A stretch of 64,000 bases of DNA from Octopus vulgaris (GCA_951406725.2 OX597833.1:19778001-19842000); one strand, 5' to 3'; shown: positions 1 to 14,037, counted from the first letter of the stretch. Made by a program: numbers and translations. Notes: generated from the sequence alone by a model not told the origin.

Positions 1-380
1 TTATGTTCTGAGTTCAAATCCTGACAAGATCGACTTCACCCTTCATCCTTTTGGGGTCAATAAAATAAGTACCAGTTGAGCACTAAGGTCAATGTAATTG
101 ACTTATCCCCTCTCCCAAATTTACTGGCTTTGTGCTAAAATTTGAAGCCAATTATCAAATTTTCTTATAGCAGTGAGCTGGGAGAATCATTAGCACACCA
201 GGCAAAATGCTTGGCAGCATTTCATCCATCTTTACGTTTTGAGTTCAAATTCCGCTGAAGCCGACTTTGCCTTTCATCATTTCAGGGTCGATAGAATAAT
301 AGTTGAACACTGGTGTGAATGTCATTGACTCACCCACTTCCCCTCAGAATTGCTGGCCTTGTGCCAAAACTTGAAACCAG
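1..380 (+). mobile_element. Two degraded tandem copies of tRNA-derived SINE family B
   Basis: gttcaaat..gaggtcgactttgcctttcatcc..gggtc..aagtaccagt motif shared with 36337-36568. Confidence 0.7.
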
Positions 381-644
381 TATTTTGACAACTTCAAACT
401 GTGTATGTGTGTATACTTTGTCTCTAACTTTCACACTTTCTCACTTCCTACTTTGTATCATATCTATCACTCATGCAACCTGCAGATGATGTCCTGTGGC
501 TATTCTCTCTATATGAATTAATATTGCTTTGGCTACTACTCTTACCCAAAGGAAAACGTCCTTGCCTCATTGTCTGTCTGTTTCACAAAGTGTAACTATT
601 TTATCTCATTTTAATTATTTTGTATTTCTCTTATTTTCTTCAAG

Positions 645-705
645 CCCACAATTACACCCATGAGAAAGCTGTCTGCCCGAGAGCAAAGAGATTGTACTGT
701 TATAG
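645..705 (+). CDS. DNM1L: Dynamin-related protein 1 (Drp1), internal coding exon (start of GED)
   Basis: Pyrimidine tract + AG (643-644), reads PTITPMRKLSAREQRDCTVI(G), GTAGG donor at 706. Matches the Drp1 motif RKLSAREQRDCEVIERL. Phase 1 joins the exon at 12023 (G+AA=E). Confidence 0.92.
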
Positions 706-804
706 GTAGGTTGATTATAAATTTTTTATTTTTTTCTGGAACTTTCTTGTTTAAACTTATGTTATTGTCTTTATCTATCTATCTATCTATCTATCTATAT
801 ATAT

Positions 805-1822
805 ATAACAAATTAATAAATAAAACATATGCATATATACATACATATATGTACGTACCTACATCTATATGTATATATACATGCATATATGGGTACAGGA
901 CACCAAAAAAACGTCGAACACAATGAGAAACGAAAACATAAACACAAAACCAAGGAACTGGACATTTTTCTTAAACAACGAAAAAATAGAGTACAGGACA
1001 AATAACACAAGGAAAATTCTCCTTCTTCAGTCGCCATGGTTTCATCTACTCCGCGTTTCGAAGGTGAAGGCGAGACGCGACTTCAATGAAACATTCCTTC
1101 CCGCGAAAAGCAAATTAAATAAAATTTGAGATTTTTTTGTGGAGGGGTAAAAATGGTAACAAAAACAGGACTGTAAAGACAGTACAAAATATAAACAGTA
1201 AAAGACAGGACAAGGAGAATAACAAGACAAGAAGGGCTGTTAAGCCGAACAAGATAAAGTATATGAACGCTATTTTTGGGAACGGCAAAGGAGCAACAGA
1301 AAATGCCGTCTACACTCGGGTGAAGCAAGGTCAGAAAAGACAATAGTTTCCTCGTCGCTGACCAGCGACGGGACAGGGGAGGAGGAGTAAGAGAAAGGGA
1401 AGGGGAGAGAAAAAAGAGGAATGGTTGTAGAGAAAACCAGAAAGAATGAGAGAGAGGGAGAGACAGTAAGGTAGAAGAAAAGGAAACCAGAAAGAAGGAA
1501 GGCTGAGAAAGAGAGGGGGACAGAAAGGTTAAGAGTGCGCATCAGTATTAATATTAAGAACAAACTTACTTAGAAATGAATGCGTGCGTTCTGTCGTCTA
1601 ATAACAAATTAATAAATAAAACATATGCATATATACATACATATATGTACATACCTACATCTACATGTATATATACATGCATGTATGGGTACAGGACACC
1701 AAAAAAACGTCGAACACAATGAGAAACGAAAACATAAACACAAAACCAAGGAACTGGACATTTTTCTTAAACAATGAAAAAATAGAGTACAGGACAAATA
1801 ACACAAGGAAAAATACCCCTTC
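805..1822 (-). mobile_element. Penelope-like element terminus with ~220-bp direct repeats (805-1025 / 1601-1822), inserted in (TA)n
   Basis: Near-identical direct repeats, TA tracts on both sides, hammerhead motif at the edge of the first repeat. The pseudo-LTR interpretation is inferred. Confidence 0.6.
1016..1080 (-). ncRNA. Candidate hammerhead ribozyme, non-circularly permuted
   Basis: Minus strand UCGCGUC-UCGCC..CUUC-GAAA-CGCGG..GGCGA-CUGAAGA-A-GGAG: all core residues present and three complementary stems, read by hand. Confidence 0.6.
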
Positions 1823-1853
<31 letters not shown>

Positions 1854-1857
1854 TATA

Positions 1858-3400
1858 GATCATCATCATTTGACTCATGTTGGCATGAGTTGTACAGTTT
1901 GACAGAGGGCTGGAAAGCCAGCAGCTCCACCAGGCTCCAATCTGATCTGGCAATGTTTCTACAGCTGGATGCCCTTCCTAACACCAATCACTCTCAGAGT
2001 GTATTAGGTGCTTTTCATGTGCCATTGGCACAGGAGCCAGTCAAGTGGCCCTGGCATCTATCACACTTGGATAGTGCTTTTTCTGTGCCACTGGCACGGG
2101 AGCCAGTCAGGGGGCACTGGCCACAGCTACAATTTAGGTTTTATTTAACTCAACAGGTCTTCTCAAGCATACCATATTGCCCGACACATCAAGGGTACTT
2201 TGAAATGGGCCGAACATGCAATACTTACATCGGTCATGGCTGCAATCTCACTTTAGTTGCTGGATCTTCTCAATCACAGCATATCTCCAAAGGTCTTGGT
2301 CTCCTGTCATTGTCTCTGTGAGGCCCAGTGGTCAATGGTCTTGCTTCACCACCTCATCCTATGTCTTCATGCATCTACCATTTCCACAGGTTCCTCACAC
2401 AACTGTCCTCATCCATATGTAAGACATGACCATACCAGTGCAGTCGTCTCTCTTATACAACACTTTTGATACTTCTTAGGTCCAACTTTTCTCTCAGGGT
2501 GCTCACACTCTGTTGTGTATGCGCACTGACATCACACATCCAGCGGATCATCCTAGCTTCTTTCTTTCAAGCCTATGTAGGCCCTCAGTAGTCATAGCCC
2601 ATGTTTCACTGCCATGTAGCATGTTTTCTATACATCTTCAGTGCTTATTGCCCCTGTGCATCTCCCACACACAAAAACTATCTTCCGGGTTAACCTTCCT
2701 TCGATGCATCCTGCACCTTTTCTGCATCCCTTGCCTATGCTGGGTACATCATATGGAGTTTCCACCCATACCTTTTCTCCAGATCAAGCAGGGCCATTCA
2801 ACTGAAGGGGTTTGTGATTTGTCAGCCTTCTTACTTACTGAGACGTTGGTTTTTGCTAGGTCAACCCTAAGGCCATATGATTCTAGACCTTGCTTCCACA
2901 CCCTAAACTTAGTCTCTAGTTCTGGCAGTGACTCGGCTATTAGAGCAAGATCATCAGCTTAGAGGAGTTCTGAGATGGCAGCCTGTCTTGGATTCTTCTG
3001 TTAAAGACTTTCTGAATTCCTCTGTCAAAGGCTTTCTCCAACTCAACAAAAGCCAAGTACAGTGGTGCTTCTGTCTGGCATAAAACCAAACTGCATCTCA
3101 TCTAGGCTAACTCTCTCCCTAATTAGTTGGGCTGTGACCCACTCTGTAACTTTCATCACCTGATCCAATAATTTGATACCCCTGTAGTTACTTCCATCTA
3201 AAGCATCACCTTTACTTTTGTAGCAGTTGACTATAGTACTGCTATACCAGTCATTGGGTATCACTCTTTCATGAACTACCTGATTTACAATGGGGGCGAC
3301 AAGACAATTACTCACACCTGATATTTTAAGCATCTCAGCAGTGATTCCTGATGGGCCAGGTATTTTCCCGGTCTTCATATCCTTAGTTGCTTTACCTACA
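1858..3400 (-). mobile_element. 5'-truncated, degraded RTE LINE copy
   Basis: (GAT)n tail at 1858; RT remnants [29 protein letters not shown]; the YADD codon is a stop; homologous to 17111-21100. Confidence 0.9.
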
Positions 3401-3407
3401 AGGGTAA

Positions 3408-3448
3408 ATATATGTGTATATATGTATATATATATGTATGTGTGTGTG

Positions 3449-3481
<33 letters not shown>

Positions 3482-3850
3482 ATATATATGTGTGTGTTTG
3501 TGTATATATGTGTGTGTGTGTGTATATGTATATATGTGTGTGTGTGTGTATATATGTATATATATGTGTGTATATATGTATATATGTGTGTGTATATATA
3601 TTTATGTGTGTATATATGTATATATATGTGTGTGTATATATATTTATGTGTGTATATATGTATATATATATGTGTGTATATATGTATATATATATATATG
3701 TATATGTATATATATGTGTGTGTGTATATGTATATATATATGTGTGTGTGTATATGTATATATATATGTGTGTGTGTGTATATATATATGTGTGTGTGTG
3801 TGTATATATATATATGTGTGTGCGCGTGTGTATATATATATATATACACA
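3408..3850. repeat. Compound (TA)n/(TG)n microsatellite
   Basis: Directly visible. Confidence 0.97.
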
Positions 3851-4024
3851 TAGAAAGAAAAAGCATTATGTGATTAAATGTTCGAGATATGAAATGTTAC
3901 GTGGATGACCTTGTATTTGTTTGTTCTGCAATCATTGTTTAATATATTTTCTCATTTAATTGGACACTTCTATAGCAGTCCTATCAATCATTTTGTTCCT
4001 GATAAGAAACAATCACTGAATTGT

Positions 4025-5093
<1,069 letters not shown>

Positions 5094-5410
5094 CGGCTTC
5101 GTAGAGTAAACACGTGTTGTCTCTCTCTGCGATAAAAAAACAAGAAAGGCTGCATAAAATCGACGAAATAACTTGGCAAATCACTCACAAAACGTGGAAA
5201 TTGTTACTTTATAGACGCGTACCCGGATATTTGCTTAAAAATCGCAATATATTTCTGCCACAAGTCAAGTTTTGACACAAAGATCTTTTTCTGGCAAAAC
5301 GCACGTGGAATCTTCAAATTTTATTCACATTCGATAAGTACCCAAATTTCTGTATATATCATCGCAAAAACGTATCACAAATTCTTGTTACTGTTAATTT
5401 CGTTAAATCT

Positions 5411-5510
5411 NNNNNNNNNNNNNNNNNNNNNNNNNNNNNNNNNNNNNNNNNNNNNNNNNNNNNNNNNNNNNNNNNNNNNNNNNNNNNNNNNNNNNNNNNN
5501 NNNNNNNNNN
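5411..5510. other. Assembly gap (100 N)
   Basis: Run of n. Confidence 1.
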
Positions 5511-5821
5511 TAATCCAGTTTAGGAAGAGAGATTGCCAGTATTACTTGCGTATTTGCATTCCTGAGTTGATGGAATGTAGAAAGATAAAGTGTGTTTCAG
5601 GCGTTTTTGGAATGTCAAATATCAAAGCTGGTACGTGTCTTGTGCTTGATTGACTTGAAGAAGGTTAGATGTTAATGTGTAGGTGTGACTGTGTGTGTAT
5701 GTGCATATCAGTGCTTGTGTGTGTGTGTGTGTGTGGAGGTTTGTATGTGCATGTGTGTGGGTGCATTGGTGTAGCTGTGTATGTATGTGTGTGCTAGTGT
5801 AGGAGTGTGTGTGTGTGTATG

Positions 5822-5858
<37 letters not shown>

Positions 5859-5904
5859 ATATATATATATATATATATATATATGTTCCCTCTCTCGGAG
5901 AGGC

Positions 5905-6460
5905 ACAAGCACCTACACACACACATACGCATGCGGCAGTATCTTCCGCCTACCAAATTCAATCACAAAGCTTCAGTTGGCCCGGGCCTATAGCAGAAGT
6001 CACTTGCCCAAAGTTCCACACGTTGGGATTGAACCCGAAACCATGTAGCTGGGAGGCAAGCTTCCTAACCACACAGCCATGCCCATATATATATATATAT
6101 ATGCACGTACTTGTGTGGGTGTGGTATGTGATGCATTTGAGGAGCAAGATGACGTGTGTTGGTGTTTCTGTTTGTGTGTGTATGCGTGTATGTATATGTG
6201 TGTAAGGATGTTTTTGGGTGTGTATGTTTGTGTGTGTGTGTCTCTTTCTTTCACTTTGTCTCCCAAAACCACTTGACAACAGGTGTTGATGCTTTCATTT
6301 TGCCATAACTTAGTGGTTCGGCAAAAGAGACCAATAGAATAAGTACCAGGTATAAAAGAGAAAAGGAAACAAGTACTGGGGTCAATTCATTTAATTAAAA
6401 ATTCTCCAAGGCGGTGCTCCAGCATGGCCACCGCATAATGACTTAAGCAAGTAAAAGATA
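5905..6460. mobile_element. Two partial SINE family A copies (head on -, 3' half on +)
   Basis: cacttgcccaaag..gggattgaacccg..accacacagccatgcc and tggttcggcaaaagagaccaatagaataagtacc motifs. Confidence 0.7.
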
Positions 6461-6479
6461 TATATTCAGAGAGAGAGAA

Positions 6480-6795
6480 CTGGCACTCTGTCACAGTGTC
6501 AAGGATTCCACTTGATCTGATCAGCAGAACAGCCTGCTTACAAAATTAAAGTGCAAGTGGCTGAGCGCTCCACAGACACACATACACTTAATGTAGTTCT
6601 TGGGGAGATCCAGCATTATGCAGAATGTGATAAGGCTGGCTCTTTAAAGTTCAGGTACAACTTGTTTTTGCCTGCTGAGTTAATGGGTACAATGTGAATA
6701 AAGTGTCTTACTCAAGGACACAGCACACCGCCAGGAATTGAACTGACAACCTTATGATTGTGAGCCAAATACCCTAAGCACTAAGCCACGCACCT
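6480..6795 (-). mobile_element. tRNA-derived SINE (family C-like head)
   Basis: gtgtcttactcaaggaca..ggaattgaac..ccctaagcactaagccacgcacctt. Confidence 0.6.
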
Positions 6796-6954
6796 TCTCC
6801 CATCCCCACACATGCACTCATGATTGACCCACATTGAAGATTAGTTTGATTGTTCAGTGAACTGACAACACACAATGACCTAATAAACAATACACCCACA
6901 TTCACCAAGGTGTACAATTCATGTGAACATGAGAATGACACGCTTCCAGCATGT

Positions 6955-8750
6955 GATCTAGCTAAGAAATCAGGACAATTTCTAATTCGCACCTATGCTA
7001 AGCTACAAACAATGTGTGCGGCAACTTGAAGATCCACACACCACACACGATAGACTGGCGGTTGCACTGGCGCGAAAGCTACATTGTTAACCTCATCCCG
7101 TAAACGGTGGCTTTTAACGGGTGGAGAGCTGAACCATCCTGGGGTACAGAGGATTCACAATCTAGACTAGGGTCTGAAAGTTTACCACACCATAGTGGGT
7201 TACACCATGGTTCCTCTGCTTTGTGGCAGAAGTAGGAAGAAAGAGTGAGAGAAAGTTGTGGTGAGTGCAGTGTCTGAATTCAGACCATGGCAGGGTTCAT
7301 TTTCTCTTTCAAGTTGTCGGGGTCAGCATAGTAAATCAACATTTGTACCTGAACAGTAGAAATGTTGATTTAATAAATAATACTCTGTTCTCTGATTTTG
7401 GGGATTTTTTGCCTATGTTAGAAATTCGAACTCATTTTAATCTTATTATAGGTCAGCATCATTGTCTCAGAGGAGTGACAGTACCACACCAAGTGCTTTA
7501 TATTGCATGGTCATTCCTTATCTGTTGTTATGTGAAAGTGCAAACATCATTGGATGACGCCATCACTTGGTGTATGATGAAAAAATTTGTGGTATTGTGA
7601 TGTACGTCATAAGATATAAAGCTTGTTGACGCAACTAGAAAAACAGAACACAAAATATAAATATATATCTTTTATATTATATCATTTACTTGTTTCACTC
7701 ATTAGACTGTGGCCATGCTGGAGCACTGACTTGGAGAATTCTTTTTAGTTGTATGAATTGGCCCCAGTCCTTTTTTTCCTTAAAGTCTTTTATTGATCTC
7801 GGGTCTTTTCTGTGGCTGCCAATTTTGAATGTCTGCAATTTCTGCTCACTGCTATCAAGGCAAAGATGGCTGATCCGCAAGTATGAGCCCCGTGAATCAG
7901 AGCGGCTGTTCCAGTGCATTTCCCTGGGGCCGTGAAGCAGTCTGCTTTTTATAGGAAATTATGCGATAATGATGAAATACATAGAAATATAAATAAATTT
8001 TTACAATTCATTATAATAATCCTGTCTATTATAGGCACAAGGCCCAAAATTTTGGCGGGAGAGGGTTAGGTGATTACATCGACCCCAGTGTTTCACTAGT
8101 ACTCAATTTATTGACCTGGAAAGGATAAAAGGCCAAGTCAACCTCAGCAGAATTTGAACTCACAACATACTGACAAACAAAATGCTACTAAAGGTTTTGC
8201 CTGGCTTGCTGCCTTACTTCATTATAATAACATTAAACTTCATCCTGTTTTGATCAACACCAATAATGACAGCAACAGCGTCATGTGGAGCAACAATGGC
8301 CCAGTGGTTAGGGCAGCGGACTCGCGGTCGTAAGAACATGGTTTCGATTCCCAGACCGAGCATTGTGTTTATAGAGCAAAAACACCTAAGCTCCATGAGG
8401 TTGCAGTGGGGGCGTGGGGGGTGATAGTGAACCCTGCTGTATTCTTTCACCACAACTTTCTCTCACTCTTTCTTCCTACTTCTGCCACAAAGCAGAGGAA
8501 CCATGGTGTAACCCACTATGGTGTGGTAAACTTTCAGACCCTAGTCTAGATTGCGAATCCTCTGTACCCCAGGATGGTTCACCTTTCCACCCGTTAAAAG
8601 CCACCGTTTACGGAATGAGGATAGCAACGGAACTTTCGCGCCCGTGCGACCCCCAGTCTATCGTGTGTGGTGTGTGGATCTTCAAGTTGCCACACGCATT
8701 GTTTGTAGCTTAGAGTAGGCTCGAATTAGGGATTATTCTTTCTGGCTAAT
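6955..8750. repeat. Inverted repeat pair, ~300-bp arms (6955-7265 / 8445-8750)
   Basis: e.g. ggggtacagaggattcacaatctagactagggtctgaaag versus ctttcagaccctagtctagattgcgaatcctctgtacccc. Confidence 0.9.
8286..8470 (+). mobile_element. tRNA-derived SINE family D head
   Basis: tggcccagtggttagg (A box) and ggtttcgattccc (B box); homologous to 62543-62832. Confidence 0.75.
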
Positions 8751-9482
8751 GAGTCCTGATTGGAAGAAGAAGAAAAGAAGCAACAGCGTCACTTTGTCTG
8801 TCATAAACAACAATTCTATTGTTGTCTTCACAACCACCACAGTTGCTATCAATGCTGTTACGCCCCACGACTGTCGTCACCATAGCCACCACTACCACCA
8901 CCCTTTCACACTACTTTGTTGAAAGTCTTTCCACGCTGTTATGCAAGGATTTCGGTTTTGGCAGTCTTTTTATCACTAAGCAACTGTTAATGCTGTGTGA
9001 CTTGTAGGTCACGATAGGGGAAAGAGTAAAACACCAAACAGAGAGGGAGTGAGTAACAGTCAGTGGCAATAAAGCATATTCGAACAGCCTTCAAAGACAG
9101 CATTTCAATCAAAATGAAAACCAAATTTTTATCCTAAATTGTATTTACGTCATCAGTTTCACACACACATACATAAATATTGGCTCTCAATCGTTCTTTG
9201 TCTCAGATTTGTCAATGTTTACAGCTGGTTGTTCATAAATATCTGTAAAATATTTTTATTTAATTTTGTTTTCGTTATGTGTTGAGGACGACATTTGCTT
9301 TGAAGTTGGTGGAAAGTGAAACCAGTACGTGCACACATGCACATACACACGTCAAGCACATTTTAACTTATGTGTTCATGACTTCAATAGTAAAACACAC
9401 TGGCGCAATGTATGTAAATAGACACCCTTTTAATCATTAAAGTTTATTTAAATCTGAAATTATGCATTCAAATTATTTATTC

Positions 9483-10240
9483 TTATGATGTGAATATCTT
9501 ATATTTAGTAGACATGCCTTTTGCATTTTTCAATGCAAGGACCCTATTAGGCATGCTACTGATCAGATGATGAATATTCTCTTGAGGATTTTCTTGCCAT
9601 GTTTCATGCAGTAATCTCAAAAGATCTGGCTTTGAGAATGATTTCTTGTTCTTTTTACGAAATGGCCTGTCTATTATGCCCCAGGGGTGTTCAGTAGGGT
9701 TAGTATCTGGTGACTGGCTTGGCCATGGAAGCGTTTTATGCAATTCTCTTCCATCCGATCTTGGGTTTTTTTAGCCATGTGACAAGGAGCCTCATCTTCC
9801 ATAAATAATGAGTCTTCTTTAATCATTTCACCAGTGGAGAAGATTGGAAAGAACCCTTCCTGTAATATTGACATATTTATCTGAGTTCATGTTTCCCTCA
9901 TACTCCACCAGCTCTGATCGATCATTGCTCCAAATCATTCCCCAGAATAACCACCGTGTTTCATTGCTGGCTGCAATCTTTTTAAGTCAAATTCTTGATC
10001 ACAAAACCTCCAGACCCTCACTTGACCACTGTCAGAAAATACAGCAAATCTGGACTCATCAGAGAATATGACACTATCCCAAAATGTTAGCGACCTCTCC
10101 ACCATCTCACTGGCTCAATCTTTTCTCCACTTGATATTGGCTAGTTGAAGAAGTGGCTTCCTTCTTGCTACTCTGCCATAGTAGCCAGGTTTGTGGAGAT
10201 ACCTGACAGCTGTTCTGGGACTGACATCAACTCTTCTCCA
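9483..10240 (-). mobile_element. Tc1-family transposase remnant
   Basis: DSVIFSDESRF, EDEAPCH and LPWPSQSPDTNPTEHPWG motifs across frameshifts; TIRs not found. Confidence 0.85.
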
Positions 10241-10397
10241 TTATGTCGGAGTTTACTCACTTTTACCCAATCAGAAAACAGGATTTGAAAACTGGTATTT
10301 TGTGCATGATAGAAAATCTCACATTATGATGACAAATTTTTATGTAAACAAAATGAAAGCAAAAGTTTGAGAATGCACTCTAGGAGTTTGAAATTTG

Positions 10398-10852
10398 TCA
10401 TCATAATGTTGGGATCATTCAAAGTCGATGGAACTCATGGAAGACTCAAGAAGACATGGGATGAGGTACTGAAGCACAACCTCAGGACACTGAACCTTAT
10501 GGAGGAGATGACAAAGGACCAAGATATCTGGTGCCTTGCTGTACTCAAGACCACCTGGCATCCACAGCAGAAGAGTTGATGCTGCTCCTCCTGATGAAAA
10601 AGATTGGCCCGGTAAAACCCTGGGCTGGTGCCACATAAAACGTACTTATGCTGGTGCCATGTAAAAGCATTCATGGCAGTGCCGCGTTAGAAGCACTCAG
10701 CATACATTGTAAAGTAATTGTTGTTAGGAAGGACATCCAGCTATAAGAACCAAGCCAAATCAGATTGGGACCTGGTGCAGCTCTCTTGCTTATCAGCTTT
10801 GGTCAAAACATCCAGCTCATGCCAGCATGGAAAACAGATGTTAAAGGATGAT
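10398..10852 (+). mobile_element. RTE LINE 3' fragment
   Basis: GRLKKTWDEVLKHNLRTL plus the conserved 3' UTR end. Confidence 0.8.
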
Positions 10853-11346
10853 ATAAGGAATTATATTTATATAAAGTAGTTGTATTCTGTCAACTTAATG
10901 TGACGGTCCCATGAAGGAAATCACACCACTGCTATTTAGCTTCCTGTCAGCCGTGACATTTCCTGTGTCCTTATGTTTACAAGGGGGACCCAAGCACCTC
11001 GACCCAGCTTATATCTGAGATATTTAGAAATGTAATATTTCTATATTTATATTTATATTCATAAAATGTATTTCCCATATTGTAATGAAATGTGTGACGC
11101 AGAAACAGTTGAGAGTTAGTGACAGGAAGGGCATCTGGTCATAGATCTCCCCTAACAAATTTCACCCAACTCCTACCAGCATGAAAAAGTGGATGTTGAT
11201 AATGATTGATGATGATGATGGAGAAGGATGGCAACAATGATGAATCATGTTTTCAGGTTTGATCTGACTGCGTGACACCTTAGGCAGATGCCTTGTGAAT
11301 GAAATCTTGGCCAGAAGAAACTACAGATGCCTATGGTGTGTGTGTG

Positions 11347-11377
<31 letters not shown>

Positions 11378-12022
11378 CCCTCTACATGTCTTCCTTCACA
11401 TTGACATCACTTGGGCAGTGGTGCTGTTTATGTCCTGCAGCTTGGCAGTCCAACATCAAAAGACCTATGGAATAGAAGTACCTTACATGAAAACAACATA
11501 AATGTTGGCTTCAGGAAGACCATCTGGCTGTAAAATCTTACTTCAAAAAGTTTTGTCTAACCCATGCCAGCATGGAAAAATATAATAAGCTCGCAGAAAA
11601 CAATAACAGATGTTGAATATCATTTCCATTAAAACCTTGAATGCTAATTTATTTTACGTGGTTGCATTTTTGTCTGTCTTTACATTCTCAGTTTGAATAC
11701 TGCCAAAGTTTATTTTGCCTTTCCTTCTTTCGAGGCCAATAAAATAAGAACCTGTTGATTGCTGGGGGTCGATGTAATCAGCTTTGAAGAAATGATAGCA
11801 TCACAACCTTCACTGCTACCACCCTCACTGTGAACATTACTATAGTGATTACAGTAGAAAAGTCAGTGCCACCACAACCCTTACCACCACCATTAGCATT
11901 GCTGTAACCATTATTACAGTGATTCTGGGCAAAGTACCAAAAAGCAAAAAGTAAGGTTTATGGGAAAAAAAAAAAAAAAAGGTCATTAAATTAAAATGTC
12001 ATTGATTTCTTTTTTGTTTCAG

Positions 12023-12234
12023 AACGTCTTATCAAAGCTTACTTCTTGATTGTCCGTAAGAGTATACAAGACAGTGTACCGAAAGCTATTATGCACTTTT
12101 TAGTTAATTACGTCAAGGACAACTTACAGAGTGAGCTCGTTAGTCAATTATACAAGAAGGAAGAGATCGACACCTTACTGGATGAGTCCGAACACATTGC
12201 TACCCGGAGAAAAGAAGGTCACGAAATGTTACAA
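12023..12234 (+). CDS. DNM1L: Drp1 penultimate coding exon (GTPase effector domain)
   Basis: tttttgtttcAG acceptor; [71 protein letters not shown]; GTGGGT donor at 12235. Closely matches the Drp1 GED. Confidence 0.96.
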
Positions 12235-12569
12235 GTGGGTATTCCTCTCTTTCTTTCCTTTATTTATTCATTTTTTTTTCATTTATTCTTGTTTTATTCT
12301 TAACCGGAGAGAAATTCAAAGTGGCAATTGTTAAAAGTTTCTTGGCTAAGATCCAGGGCAGATGTGAGAATATGCATTTGGAATGTTTGTGGGTGTTTTT
12401 TCTTGACTATCGTTAGGCTGTGTTTCATAAACATTTTTGTGGTGGAATTAAAATATTTGAAATATATTTTGAATATGTTCAGATACTTGGAATTTGATTT
12501 TATTTAACACCAGACATGGTAAGGTGCTTTCTAGAATATTCCATGATGTCTGTTTTCTTTGTCTCAGTA

Positions 12570-12800
12570 TCCATTCATTCATTTTCTTCCCTTGCTTTCC
12601 TGGAAGTTAGACAACCCCTCCATAGGGTCCTATCAGAAGCAACCACCATTACACTTTCCAGCTGGATTCCCAGGTGCGACCAATTGGAACTATAGATATT
12701 ATCCAGCCATCTCGTGCTTGATCTACCTTTAGGTCTCCTGCCGGTTGGTTTGGCTTGAAGAGTCCATCTTGCGATTTTTTTTTCCTGCAGCATTCTAATT
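12570..12800 (-). mobile_element. Old RTE-type LINE C-terminal fragment
   Basis: PTGRRPKGRSSTRWLDNI motif. Confidence 0.6.
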
Positions 12801-13116
12801 TCATGTCCATTGTACTGAAGCTGTGACCTCTCAATGCAGAGAATTAGCAGCTTGACCTAGAGAAACCACCAAAAGCTGCAATAGGAAAAGGGGTTCAAAA
12901 ATAATAAAAAAACAATACCAGTTGTCCATCATGTTGGCTATTAAGGATCCATTTGAAAGATATATTGGAATCTCCATCCACTGCTGGTACAAGCAGCAAT
13001 AAGCCTTCAGCTTATTATGAGAGGTTCTGAGTAGGAACATAAAAGATGCATACACTTCAACATCTATTCTTCAAAAAAACAATTTGATATATTCATATAT
13101 ATGTGGTTATATTGGT

Positions 13117-13440
13117 GAAGGTACATGGCTCAGTGGTTAGTATCGGGCTCATAGTCATGAAGTAGTGAGTTCGATTCCTGGACTGGGCTGTATGTTGTGT
13201 TCTTGAGCAAGACACTTTATTTCACGTTACTCCAGTTCATTCAGCTGTAGAAATAAGTTGGAATGTCACTGGTGACAAGTTGTATTGGCCTTTACTTTTC
13301 CCTTGGATAACATCGGTGGCACGGAGAGGGGAGGCTGGTATGCATAGGTGACTGCTGGTCTTACATTAACAACCTTGCCCGGACTTGTGCCTCGGAGCAA
13401 TCCCACGGTCATTTATGACTGAAGGGTGTCTTTATTCTGT
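13117..13440 (+). mobile_element. tRNA-derived SINE family C
   Basis: tggctcagtggttag / gagttcgattcc boxes; homologous to 47071-47405 and 29675-29905. Confidence 0.8.
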
Positions 13441-14037
13441 TTATATTGGTGATGAGGACACATTGTCTAGCAGTTAGAGTGTTGCACTCATGATAAGATT
13501 GTGGTTTCTGTTCCTAAACTAGGTGGTGCATTACGTTCTTGAGCAAAACACTTCATCTTATGTTGCTCTGCGATCACTTCGATACCAGTGTGGTACACCA
13601 TGCAAGTATGGCACATAGATTTGATCACTATAAACAAATCATTTGTGCAGGCCATTCAGCAAAAGCTGAATGCTCATATGTTGTCTTTGATGGGTGAGTC
13701 CATCATATGGTTATGCAAAGATGGGAGAGTACAAAATTTAGTGGACATCATATCTGAGAAAAGCTCCTCAATCAATTTCACAATAGCTTTCTTCTAGCTG
13801 TTGAAGTCTTTTCATCTCTTTGAACCTCACTTTGGGAACTTTTCGCAGTGGAACTAAAAGTCTGTTGATTCTGCCAGCTTGCCGCTAGAGGGTTCAAGTA
13901 CTGGTCAAATACTGTGGTTGATTTCATTGACTTACCTTATCTCCTAATTTGTTACCTTGTGCCAATGTTAGAAATTATGACTTTATTTATTTATTATTAT
14001 CATTATTATTATATATATATTTTTTTGCTAATTTCAG

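Noticed and set aside
13117-13190. tRNA-like A and B boxes (also 8295 and 47071)
   Set aside because: SINE heads continuing into shared repeat bodies; no convincing cloverleaf.
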